Counted from the first letter of the stretch, positions 1 to 10,530 are shown. The stretch: DNA of 32,000 bases from an uncultured Candidatus Saccharibacteria bacterium (GCA_964543385.1 CAZIYE010000001.1:330001-362000), one strand, 5' to 3'. Numbers and translations: made by a program. Notes: generated from the sequence alone by a model not told the origin.

Positions 1-374
1 TTGTATAACTCCTTAACTTTCGGAACAAACTCCCGTAAAAATATTATATCGGCCATAACTCTATCTGTTCTACTCCGTATATCCATATAGGCAATGCCGT
101 CTTCCGCCCTTAAAGCAACTTTAGCCATCTCTTCACGAAGATCTAACGAAAAATCACTCAATTTTTTATGGATCTCTCTAAAGCTTTGGCTGGCTTTATC
201 TTCTCCGTTTAAAAGGTCAGGATCAGATTCTATCATAGTCAATGTACAATGCCGTCCATATGCTATCATGGGCTTTAAATTATTATAAAGAGTGATCTCG
301 TCTAGCAATCTTTTAACTTCGGCCGAAATCTCTTCTGGACTAAGATATTCTTCTCCATTCTCTATTTCTGACAT
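1..374 (-). CDS. Hypothetical protein, partial (runs off window edge)
   Basis: My own reverse-complement translation gives an uninterrupted frame MSEIENGEEYLSPEEISAEVKRLLDEITLYNNLKPMIAYGRHCTLTMIESDPDLL... to the window edge. Its ATG overlaps the stop of the upstream gene (TGATG at 376..372). The supplied ORF track does not list it. Confidence 0.75.
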   Translation of the reverse strand, partial: MSEIENGEEYLSPEEISAEVKRLLDEITLYNNLKPMIAYGRHCTLTMIESDPDLLNGEDKASQSFREIHKKLSDFSLDLREEMAKVALRAEDGIAYMDIRSRTDRVMADIIFLREFVPKVKELY

Positions 375-922
375 CAGATTGCCTTTGTATATTCTAATAA
401 CTTGTTAGCTGCTGCTGACAATTCAATATTTGATATTTGATACTCATTTTCATGGGCTATTTGGTTCCTGACCTTGTGCCCCTGCCATATTTCATTATAC
501 AAATTTTGGTTGACCGATGACTGAGCCTCCCTCAACCTATCTGCAAAAGTTTCCCCACTATAGCCTTGTGCTTTTAGCACATAGTCGACCAATTTATCAG
601 CTTCTATCACTAAATGTTTCAACTCTATTTCACTATTCGTATTTAGCATTGATTCAATCTGGTGTCTCTTCGTAACTACATAGTTTCGATCTTCCAGGCT
701 CATACCGACCTTATTGACACCAAATTTAATGCCTTTAAAAGGTAAGGAAACGAGCCACCATAAAGCCTTGAATAGACCAATAACTATTATCTCCAGAATG
801 GTCTGCTGATTCTGATTCCTCTTACCTTTATAATTTTGATTATAAGACATATTCTGACTTTTCTCGTTACTGTCATCTCGAGCTTGTGCGAGAGATCCCA
901 TGTGCTCCATGAAATTTCTCAC
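374..922 (-). CDS. Uncharacterised protein with membrane-associated N-terminal segment and HEPN-like C-terminal helical region (RNQIAHE)
   Basis: 182-aa ORF. Hydrophobic stretch ILEIIVIGLFKALWWLVSLPFKG. C-terminal helical region with RX4H motif R-NQIA-H. Translationally coupled to the next gene. Confidence 0.7.
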   Translation of the reverse strand: MRNFMEHMGSLAQARDDSNEKSQNMSYNQNYKGKRNQNQQTILEIIVIGLFKALWWLVSLPFKGIKFGVNKVGMSLEDRNYVVTKRHQIESMLNTNSEIELKHLVIEADKLVDYVLKAQGYSGETFADRLREAQSSVNQNLYNEIWQGHKVRNQIAHENEYQISNIELSAAANKLLEYTKAI

Positions 923-968
923 CTTTGGTTCGAAATGACAATCAATTAATAACTAAATTATAATAAAA

Positions 969-1706
969 TTATTTAATCTCAATTGAATTAATCAAAACTG
1001 GGTTAAGCGGTTTATCCTGATCATCTGCTGGAACCTCAGAAATCGCTTTCACGATATCAAGACCTTTGGTCACTTTCCCGAAAACCGTATGTTTGCCATC
1101 GAGATGAGGCTGTGCTTTCTCTGTCACAATGAAAAACTGGCTTCCATTAGTATCTGGTCCAGAATTAGCCATTGCTAGTGATCCTACTTCCATCTTGTGC
1201 GAGCTTAATTTCCTATCATAATTGTATCCAGTCTTCTCAAGATCCAGTACCTGACTTTCAGATAAACCTAAACTCTCAGGATTTATCTCATCCGCAAAAT
1301 AACCACCAAAAGCACTCTCGCCTCCAGTACCATCTCCGCTAGGATCACCACCCTGAATCATAAAGCCTTTAATAACTCTGTGCCAAGTTAGTTTGTCGTA
1401 GTAGCCTCTTTGAGACAGTTTGCTAAAATTATCAACTGTTTGCGGTGCATCATTATTATATAATTCTACCTCTACATCCCCCATCGATGTATGTATGATT
1501 GCTTGATCTCCCATGACTATTTCATCCTTTCTTATAAATGGAAAAGCTATTATTAGCAAAAGACAGATTGTGTACACCCAGACATCAATTTTCTTCCAAA
1601 AATTTGCAAATGGATTTTTTTCTACCTCAATTCTTCTGACAAAATCCTTCCGCTCTTTTTCAACCATGTCTCTTTTTTCTCTTTTGACCTTTGCTCTTTT
1701 TCCCAT
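969..1706 (-). CDS. Membrane-anchored cyclophilin-type peptidyl-prolyl cis-trans isomerase
   Basis: Motifs TWHRVIKGFMIQGGDPSGDGTGG, SLAMANSGPDTNGSQFFIV and LDGKHTVFGKV. N-terminal basic region followed by one TM helix (VWVYTICLLLIIAF). Confidence 0.93.
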   Translation of the reverse strand: MGKRAKVKREKRDMVEKERKDFVRRIEVEKNPFANFWKKIDVWVYTICLLLIIAFPFIRKDEIVMGDQAIIHTSMGDVEVELYNNDAPQTVDNFSKLSQRGYYDKLTWHRVIKGFMIQGGDPSGDGTGGESAFGGYFADEINPESLGLSESQVLDLEKTGYNYDRKLSSHKMEVGSLAMANSGPDTNGSQFFIVTEKAQPHLDGKHTVFGKVTKGLDIVKAISEVPADDQDKPLNPVLINSIEIK

Positions 1707-1731
1707 ATCTAACCTTATATTTATAAAATAA

Positions 1732-3237
1732 TTAGTTTATCTTTGGTTTCTTTAGATGATGATTAGTTGACTTTTGAAATGCATAACCGATATTAAACAA
1801 AGTCTGCTCCCCCCACATTGGACCGATCAGCTGCATACCGACAGGCAAATCCTTTCCTTCTCTCTGTACGAAGCCCGCAGGGATACTCATCGCCGGTAAT
1901 CCTGCTGGATTTGCAGGCACGGTCAATATATCTGATAAATACATGCTCAAAGGATCATTTGTCTTTTCGCCAACTTTGAAAGCTGGAACTGGCGATACAG
2001 GGGCGACCAATACATCTATTTCTTTAAAGACCTTGTCAAACTCTTCTTTTATCAGGGTTCTGACTTTCTGAGCCTTTTTGTAATATGCATCATAATAACC
2101 AGCCGAAAGAACATAACTCCCGAGCATTATCCGTCTTTTTGCTTCATCGCCAAAGCCAAGAGCCCGAGATTTTTCATAAACTTGCTCTAACCCTCCTTTA
2201 AAATGTTCATCTTCCAGAACAGAAAGGCCGTAATGAATTCCATCATATCGTGCAAGATTTGAACTTACTTCTGCTGGCATTAAAATATAATAAACAGCAA
2301 GTGCAAAATGAGCCATTGGCAGTGAAACGTCACGAATGATTGCTCCAAGTTCTTCTAACTCTTTGATCGCATTTCTTACCATCTTCTCGACCTCTGAATC
2401 TAAACCATCCCCAAAGAATTCTTTTGGTATACCTATCTTCAGGCCCTTAATGTCTGACTTTAAATTTTGAGAGTAGTCTGGTGTTTCCTTTATAGAACTC
2501 GTTGAATCATGGCTATCATAACCAGAGATATATTTAAGTAGTATTGCAGCATCTTCAACCGTCTTTGTCATGGGCCCTGCCTGATCAAGCGAAGAAGCCA
2601 TCGCAATAGTGCCATATCGAGAAACACGACCATATGTAGGCTTAAAACCAGTAATCGAACAGTGGCTAGCTGGTTGTCTTATTGAACCACCAGTATCTGT
2701 TCCAATAGCAGCAATACAAAGATCAGCCGCAACTGCCGCTGCTGAACCGCCGGATGACCCCCCAGGTATTCTGTTTGTGTCCCAAGGATTTCGAGTAGTA
2801 GAATTAAATTCGGTAGCAGTATTGTAAGCTGAAGTTTCAGTAGATGATCCCATCGCAAACTGATCTAGATTTGTCTTGCCAATAAGTACAGCACCCGCTT
2901 CCCATAGTTTTCTTGTTACGCAAGACTCATAAATAGGAACATAGTTTTCTAATATTTTAGAAGCGGCAGTCGTCTTAACACCTTTTGTCAGAAATAAATC
3001 CTTGACCGCAATTGGAATACCATCAATTTCGCTTAGTGTTTTGCTATTTTTACGACGCTCATCGGAAGCTTTAGCCATCTCTAAGGCTTTTTCCTTGCAA
3101 AGTGTTATATATGAGCCAACCTTTGGCTCAACCTCTTCAATACGCTCAAAAATACTTGAGATCAGCTCAATAGCAGTAATCTCACCTTTAGCGAGTTTCT
3201 CAGAAGCTTCTTTTATTGTAAGTGAATATAATTCCAT
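1732..3237 (-). CDS. gatA: Asp-tRNA(Asn)/Glu-tRNA(Gln) amidotransferase subunit A
   Basis: Amidase signature GGSSGGSAAAVAADLCIAAIGTDTGGSIRQPASHCSITGFKPTYGRVSRYG; full-length 501 aa. Confidence 0.97.
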   Translation of the reverse strand: MELYSLTIKEASEKLAKGEITAIELISSIFERIEEVEPKVGSYITLCKEKALEMAKASDERRKNSKTLSEIDGIPIAVKDLFLTKGVKTTAASKILENYVPIYESCVTRKLWEAGAVLIGKTNLDQFAMGSSTETSAYNTATEFNSTTRNPWDTNRIPGGSSGGSAAAVAADLCIAAIGTDTGGSIRQPASHCSITGFKPTYGRVSRYGTIAMASSLDQAGPMTKTVEDAAILLKYISGYDSHDSTSSIKETPDYSQNLKSDIKGLKIGIPKEFFGDGLDSEVEKMVRNAIKELEELGAIIRDVSLPMAHFALAVYYILMPAEVSSNLARYDGIHYGLSVLEDEHFKGGLEQVYEKSRALGFGDEAKRRIMLGSYVLSAGYYDAYYKKAQKVRTLIKEEFDKVFKEIDVLVAPVSPVPAFKVGEKTNDPLSMYLSDILTVPANPAGLPAMSIPAGFVQREGKDLPVGMQLIGPMWGEQTLFNIGYAFQKSTNHHLKKPKIN

Positions 3238-3242
3238 GACTT

Positions 3243-3372
3243 TGTCATCCTCGGAACAGGCGAAGCCATGACCCGGGGATCCAGTTTACTAAATTTTTTA
3301 AATAGACTCCTGATCTCAAGCTTTCAGGCTGCCCGCAATCCAGTAACTTATGCAGGCGGGCCTAGAATGACA
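3243..3372. repeat. Palindromic / MITE-like intergenic element (~130 bp) with imperfect terminal inverted repeats
   Basis: Ends TGTCATCCTCGG (3243-3254) and the reverse complement of CCTAGAATGACA (3361-3372, = TGTCATTCTAGG) match 10/12. Internal GC-rich hairpins: ATCCTCGG...CCGGGGAT and GCCCGC...GCGGGC. Confidence 0.6.
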
Positions 3373-3378
3373 TCTTTT

Positions 3379-3672
3379 TTACTCAAATACCCCAGGCACC
3401 ACAAAACTGCCGTCTTTAAATTCTGGTGCATTCTTGGCAATATCGTCATGCGATATACCAGATTCTATTACCTCGTCTTCTCTATAAATATTTTCAAGAC
3501 CTGTAATATTTGCTGTTGGCAAAACACTGTCAGTATTAACCTGACTTAGCTGTTCAACATATGCCAAAACAGAGGAAAGCTGCTCGCTATAGAGCTCTTT
3601 CTCTTCTCCTGTCAATGATAGTTTAGAAAGTTTTGCAATATGCTCAACTTCATCAATACTTAGTTTGGCCAT
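3379..3672 (-). CDS. gatC: Asp-tRNA(Asn)/Glu-tRNA(Gln) amidotransferase subunit C
   Basis: MAKLSIDEVEHIAKLSKLSLTGEEKELYSEQLSSVLAYVEQLSQVNTD is typical GatC. The track start (3708) would add MLGFGCNINAFF; the internal ATG at 3672 fits the family better. Confidence 0.92.
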   Translation of the reverse strand: MAKLSIDEVEHIAKLSKLSLTGEEKELYSEQLSSVLAYVEQLSQVNTDSVLPTANITGLENIYREDEVIESGISHDDIAKNAPEFKDGSFVVPGVFE

Positions 3673-3678
3673 AAAAAA

Positions 3679-3715
3679 AGCGTTAATATTACATCCAAAT
3701 CCTAACATTAACGCT
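3679..3715 (-). terminator. Terminator/attenuator-like hairpin directly upstream of gatC
   Basis: Minus strand AGCGTTAAT - 19-nt loop - ATTAACGCT followed by a T-run (TTTTTTT) that abuts the ATG at 3672. Confidence 0.5.
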
Positions 3716-3738
3716 CACAAAGTTCAACTGCAATATCC

Positions 3739-4599
3739 CTATGTGTCTTTCTCACTTTTAATATCATCCTTACCGCCCAGAAAAAGTCCTCTGTTTATCT
3801 CCGTATTTGGAATATTTACGATCTGCAATCTTTTTCCCGTTCGACCATGAATTAAAGTATAAACTGCCATTCTTATCCCACTAGGGATAAAGAAAAAGAG
3901 ATATTTAAATAATGCAAGGAATGTCCACCTGTCATACATGGGCTGTGTCTGATGATGCCTTAGGGCAGCATGCAATTGTGCAGCTGTTTTGCCCTCAAAA
4001 AGCGTATAACCCTTGCCTATAGCCTCTACAATATGAGCATCACTCGATCCTGTTTCCCCCCGAAATAATAATGTTCTATTAACAAAACCAGCTCTAAGAT
4101 TCTCCTCTTCTAATGTCGGAGTAGCATTCACAATTTCAATAGCATCAAGATTTTCCTTTTCTTTCATGAGAGTGACCAGCCCAATACCGTCAAGAGTAGC
4201 ATAATGAGGATGACGAATTCTGACATGTTGGAAAGGATGGGCCGCAATCGAAATTCCTCCCTGTTCTTTGATTTTCTTTAAAGCCAAATGGGCACTAATA
4301 TTTGCTGGGATTTTTTCTGTTAAGAAAAGGCCAACTATATGTCCCTCTTTGCAAGTCACCTCTTCGCCGACTATTAATTCGAATCGGTATTTTTTCCTTT
4401 TCATCACTTCAACGGCCTCTAAGGCGCCATCAATCTTATCGTGGTCCGTAATAGCAATAACATCCAGATCAGTTTTGTTCTCAACATAATCTAGTATCTC
4501 TTCTACCGTCGGCCTTCCATCAGAATGATTAGAATGAATATGCAAATCAGCCTTACCTAGATGAGCTAGTTCTTCAATTTTGTGTATTCCGTGCTTCAT
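3739..4599 (-). CDS. PHP-domain metal-dependent phosphoesterase
   Basis: KADLHIHSNHSDGRPTVEEIL, LDVIAITDHDKIDGALEA, IVGEEVT and SIAAHPF motifs. Confidence 0.92.
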   Translation of the reverse strand: MKHGIHKIEELAHLGKADLHIHSNHSDGRPTVEEILDYVENKTDLDVIAITDHDKIDGALEAVEVMKRKKYRFELIVGEEVTCKEGHIVGLFLTEKIPANISAHLALKKIKEQGGISIAAHPFQHVRIRHPHYATLDGIGLVTLMKEKENLDAIEIVNATPTLEEENLRAGFVNRTLLFRGETGSSDAHIVEAIGKGYTLFEGKTAAQLHAALRHHQTQPMYDRWTFLALFKYLFFFIPSGIRMAVYTLIHGRTGKRLQIVNIPNTEINRGLFLGGKDDIKSEKDT

Positions 4600-4605
4600 T
4601 ATTGC

Positions 4606-6636
<2,031 letters not shown>

Positions 6637-6752
6637 CTACCTTCAAAGAGGAGTCAATTCAATAGAAAAAGAACTCTCATAAAGTCACGATTTGAACGGA
6701 ATTAGAGCATTTAATTCTGTTCAGTATTTATCGTTTCTGTTATAAATAAGAT

Positions 6753-7676
6753 ATGAAAGAAAATTTGATTATTACAAGTTATGATGGACCTGATCTCGAT
6801 GGTACTGCCTCTGCAATAGCCTATTCAGAATTACTATGTGAAAATGGACAGTTTGCAATGCCCATACTAACAGGTCAACCACATCCTGAAGTTAAATACA
6901 TTCTTGAACGCCTCCACATAGACTATCCTACCGGAAATATTGATTCAGAATCAAAGATTATATTAGTTGATACAAGCGATCTACCTGGACTTTCCAGATC
7001 AATAAACCCCGAAAAGGTGGTAGAGATAATTGATCACCGCAAAGTATCAGATGAAAATGCTTTCAAGAATGCAAAAAAACAAATTGAATTAGTGGGGGCG
7101 GCAGCCACCCTCATTACTGAGAAGTTTTACGATCAGAAAATAAAACCGACAGAAATTTCGGCTATTTTGCTTTATAGAGGAATGATTTCAAATACCTTGA
7201 ATTTCCAATCTGCAAGCACTACAAAAAGAGATCTAGACATGGCGAATTGGTTATCAAATATTGCGGAAATTCCAACCGATTTAGCTAAAGAAATGTTTGA
7301 TGCCAAAACAAAAGCTATCCTTCAAAATCTCGAGAAAAATCTTGAAGATGATCTTAAAATACAAAATTGCGATAATACTTCAGTTGGAATAGCACAATTA
7401 GAACTAGCAAGTTCAGCCACAATTCTTAGTTGTCTGGCCCAAATAAATAGCGCTCTTTTGACAATCAAAAGAAAGTTATCTTTGGATGATATTTTCCTAA
7501 CAGTTGTAGATATTAATGAAAAATTTAATTTAATTATCGCCCCAGAAGAAAAGATTCATTCTGTTCTCGAGAAATCTCTCCATATAACATTCAAAGACGG
7601 TTATGCTGTTCGACCAGGCCTTATCTTACAAAAAGAAATAATTCCACTAATAAAGGAACTTTATGACAGAAGTTAA
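6753..7676 (+). CDS. DHH/DHHA2-like phosphoesterase (related to Mn-dependent inorganic pyrophosphatase / PPX1-type exopolyphosphatase)
   Basis: PDLDGTASAIAYSELL, IILVDTSDLPG, VEIIDHRKV, GAAATLITEKFY and LLYRGMISNTLNF. Confidence 0.8.
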   Translation: MKENLIITSYDGPDLDGTASAIAYSELLCENGQFAMPILTGQPHPEVKYILERLHIDYPTGNIDSESKIILVDTSDLPGLSRSINPEKVVEIIDHRKVSDENAFKNAKKQIELVGAAATLITEKFYDQKIKPTEISAILLYRGMISNTLNFQSASTTKRDLDMANWLSNIAEIPTDLAKEMFDAKTKAILQNLEKNLEDDLKIQNCDNTSVGIAQLELASSATILSCLAQINSALLTIKRKLSLDDIFLTVVDINEKFNLIIAPEEKIHSVLEKSLHITFKDGYAVRPGLILQKEIIPLIKELYDRS

Positions 7677-8307
7677 GATATTGCTTGAAGGGTACACTAA
7701 CGCCGACAAGAAAAATGCCGACGAAGAAGAGAGCACTAGATGTACTAGTACTCTAATTAGAAGCGATAATATGATTATTATTTCCGATCCTGGAGTCTTA
7801 ACCAGTCAGCAGATAATGATTGATGCTTTGGCTAAAGAGAATTTAACCGTCAATGATATTACCCACGTTTTTATCACGCACTCCCACATGGATCACTACC
7901 GAAATATTGGCATGTTCCCAACAGCCAAAGCTATTGATTATTGGGGTATCTGGTATGAAGATAAAATCGATGATTTACCAGAGAAATTGAATAACGATAT
8001 TTCTGTTGTTAATACCCCGGGCCATAATTACGATAACTTAACTATGATTGTCAAAACAGACAATGGTAAAATTGCCATTGTCGGAGACCTCTGGTGGAGC
8101 GAAAGAGGTCCAGAAATTGATCCCTATGCATCAGATATGATTGAACTAAAAAAGTCTCGTACAAAGATATTAGAACTCGCCGGCTATATAATTCCCGGAC
8201 ATGGCAAAATGTTTAAAATAGTTTTAAAATTCCCCAGAGGCCTAAAAGGCCCTGGGGAGGATGCCACCAAACAAACAGTACGAAAAAAAGTACCAGTACT
8301 ACTATAA
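7663..8307 (+). CDS. MBL-fold metallo-hydrolase (MBLAC1-like)
   Basis: ITHVFITHSHMDHYRNIGMFPTA (HxHxDH), NTPGHNYDN, VGDLWW and IIPGHGKMF. Overlaps the upstream gene by 14 nt. Confidence 0.88.
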   Translation: MTEVKILLEGYTNADKKNADEEESTRCTSTLIRSDNMIIISDPGVLTSQQIMIDALAKENLTVNDITHVFITHSHMDHYRNIGMFPTAKAIDYWGIWYEDKIDDLPEKLNNDISVVNTPGHNYDNLTMIVKTDNGKIAIVGDLWWSERGPEIDPYASDMIELKKSRTKILELAGYIIPGHGKMFKIVLKFPRGLKGPGEDATKQTVRKKVPVLL

Positions 8308-8461
8308 GAAATACGAGTACTGAAATAAAAATTCTCCACTGTAAATCTGGCGTGATCGGATTGCCGCGTTTTGTAGTAGCCTTAATCCCGAAGAAAAACA
8401 CAAGCAGGGCAATCACGAGACCCGCTGCAAGCGGTATTGCTAACAAAACAAGAGTATTCAT
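8213..8461 (-). CDS. Small putative two-TM membrane protein
   Basis: 82 aa; helices LVLLAIPLAAGLVIALLVFFFG and RIFISVLVFLIVVLVLFFVLFVWW. Strong Shine-Dalgarno-like AGAAGGGGGAGAG upstream of the ATG. Convergent overlap of 95 bp with the MBL ORF. Confidence 0.6.
   Translation of the reverse strand: MNTLVLLAIPLAAGLVIALLVFFFGIKATTKRGNPITPDLQWRIFISVLVFLIVVLVLFFVLFVWWHPPQGLLGLWGILKLF
8231..8258. other. Strong inverted repeat at the convergent gene ends
   Basis: TCCCCAGAGGCCT AAA AGGCCCTGGGGA, near-perfect arms with one bulge. No T-run follows on the plus strand; AATTTTAAAA follows on the minus strand. Confidence 0.55.
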
Positions 8462-8534
8462 CTATCACTCTCCCCCTTCTGCAATGTGATAGTACTATAA
8501 ATTAATTAGGTCATTATGTCAATAGAAAAATGGT

Positions 8535-9446
8535 CTAGAGACTCATGTCTCGCAAAACTTTAATCCGCTCCTTTATTGGCGGATGAGTTGCAAATATTTT
8601 AGTAAAAAAAGATTGGTCTTTTTCTCCACCCTCACTACCTAAAGGATTAGAAATATATAAATGAGCAGTAGCAGAACTCGCATGCTCGATTGGTTCTTTA
8701 GATCTGGAAATTTTTTCTAAGGCAGCAGCAAGCCCTTCTGGATATCTTGTTAACAAAGCTCCGTCAGCATCTGCGAGGAATTCTCTTTTTCGAGATATCG
8801 CCAGTTGAATCAACATGGCAACTATTGGCGCCAAAACTGCTGCTACTATCGCCAAGATAGCCATCAGCTGGCCACTATCATTTCGATCATCTCTGCTACG
8901 TCCGAATCCAAAAATACGAGACCTTAAGAATAGGTCTGAGACAACGGCGATAATACCAACAAGTATAGCCGTAATTGTCATCAAACGAATATCATAATTG
9001 CCAACATGAGACATTTCATGTGCTATAACACCCTGAAGCTCATTTTTGCTCAATTGCTGCAGTAAGCCAGATGTCACAGCGATTGAAGCATGTTTCGGGT
9101 CTCGCCCAGTGGCAAAAGCATTTGGAACTGGTTCGGAAATAACATAGATCTTTGGCATCGGCAGTCCAGAAGTTATCGCGATATTTTCGACAATATTCCA
9201 AAGCTCCTGATTATCTTTTTTTACAATCTCTTGCGCTCCTGATGTGGCCAAAATAATTTTGTCACCCGAATAATAACCCACCAAGGACTGAGTTATTGCA
9301 ATTATAATTGCAATAATCAATATTAGAGGAGAATTATAATTATAAGAAAAGAACCATCCCAACCCAATAACAATAACCACGAATAAGAAAACCAGCAAAA
9401 AGCTCCTTCTTTTGTTTGAATCAGCTTGTACCCAAAGATTTTTCAT
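8535..9446 (-). CDS. htpX: M48-family zinc metalloprotease HtpX
   Basis: LQGVIAHEMSHVGNYDIRLMTI (HExxH), REFLADADGALLTRYPEGLAAALEKI, THPPIKERI; multiple TM helices. Confidence 0.95.
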   Translation of the reverse strand: MKNLWVQADSNKRRSFLLVFLFVVIVIGLGWFFSYNYNSPLILIIAIIIAITQSLVGYYSGDKIILATSGAQEIVKKDNQELWNIVENIAITSGLPMPKIYVISEPVPNAFATGRDPKHASIAVTSGLLQQLSKNELQGVIAHEMSHVGNYDIRLMTITAILVGIIAVVSDLFLRSRIFGFGRSRDDRNDSGQLMAILAIVAAVLAPIVAMLIQLAISRKREFLADADGALLTRYPEGLAAALEKISRSKEPIEHASSATAHLYISNPLGSEGGEKDQSFFTKIFATHPPIKERIKVLRDMSL

Positions 9447-9534
9447 ATTACAAATCTAGACTATATAAATAGATTAAACAAGAACTATGCATATCAAAAA
9501 AACAAAAAAGAACTAAGAACTTATCGTGGAACAA

Positions 9535-9894
9535 CTATTTAGCAAATTTGCCAATAAAAGGTAATGGTCTTTCATGACCAGTCGCTACATTTATTATGCC
9601 GACAACAAAACAAACAAGAATGAAGAGTGCAAACAGTATTGGCAGAATTGAGACATAAAATGTAAAGAAAAAAACAACCGTAACAATCAATAGTGCTATC
9701 CCCTGACGAACATGAAATTGCACAAAACTACTTTTCTTGCAGAAAAAAAGAGGTATGAGTAGCAGAACATTAAAATATGCTAATAACGCACAGATTGTCA
9801 GTCCGTTGAATTTTCTTAAATTAAATTTCGACCAATCAAGATTTCTAATCTTAATTTTTGGAACATTGATTGTCGATAAAGGTAATTTGCCCAT
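9535..9894 (-). CDS. DUF4870/Tic20-like small membrane protein
   Basis: 119 aa with three hydrophobic segments and FVQFHVRQGIALLI ... IINVATGHERPLPFIGKF, typical of the DUF4870/Tic20-like group. Confidence 0.65.
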   Translation of the reverse strand: MGKLPLSTINVPKIKIRNLDWSKFNLRKFNGLTICALLAYFNVLLLIPLFFCKKSSFVQFHVRQGIALLIVTVVFFFTFYVSILPILFALFILVCFVVGIINVATGHERPLPFIGKFAK

Positions 9895-9912
9895 TTGTTT
9901 CCTACTATTTAG

Positions 9913-10470
9913 TTATTTACTGAAGTCAACTTTGACTGGTTCTTTTGCAGCGACTTCTTCAAGCTCAAACAAATCACGTTTTTTAAAGCCAAACATATTT
10001 GCAAATATGTTAGTTGGAAAAGTTTGAACAGCAATATTCATTTCACGAACATTTGAGTTATAAAACCTTCTCGACGCTTGTATTTTATCTTCAGTATCAG
10101 TAAGATCAGCCTGTAATTGCGCAAAATTTTGATTTGCCTTAAGATCTGGATATGCCTCAGCAACAGCAAAGATCGATTTAAGTGCACCTTCTATCTGGTT
10201 CTCAGCCTTCGCCTTGTCGCCAACACTTTGAGCGCCTAGTGCCTCCGCTCTTGCTCTTGTCACATTCTCAAAAGCTTCTTTCTCATGCTTTGCATAACCT
10301 TTTACTGTTTCTACAAGATTAGGAATTAGATCATATCGACGCTTCAGTTGAACATCAATATCACTCCACGCCTCATCTGTCCTCACATTCAATTTAACAA
10401 GATTATTATAGATTGCGATGACTGCTATGGCCAAAACTGCTACTATAGCGATGACTATCCAAACTAACAT
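9913..10470 (-). CDS. lemA: LemA family protein
   Basis: NNLVKLNVRTDEAWSDIDVQLKRRYDLIPNLVETVKGYAKHEKEAFENVTRARAEA and ASRRFYNSNVREMNIAVQTFPTNIFANMFGF. Confidence 0.97.
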   Translation of the reverse strand: MLVWIVIAIVAVLAIAVIAIYNNLVKLNVRTDEAWSDIDVQLKRRYDLIPNLVETVKGYAKHEKEAFENVTRARAEALGAQSVGDKAKAENQIEGALKSIFAVAEAYPDLKANQNFAQLQADLTDTEDKIQASRRFYNSNVREMNIAVQTFPTNIFANMFGFKKRDLFELEEVAAKEPVKVDFSK

Positions 10471-10530
10471 AGTTTCTCCATTCTGTTTGTTTAATACAAA
10501 TTTAAAAGTTCAATGAACTACTCGATCATA

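Noticed and set aside
2609-3549. Plus-strand ORFs 2609-2827, 3002-3271 and 3268-3549
   Set aside because: Antisense to gatA/gatC, no recognisable protein features. 3268-3549 runs through the palindromic element and gatC.
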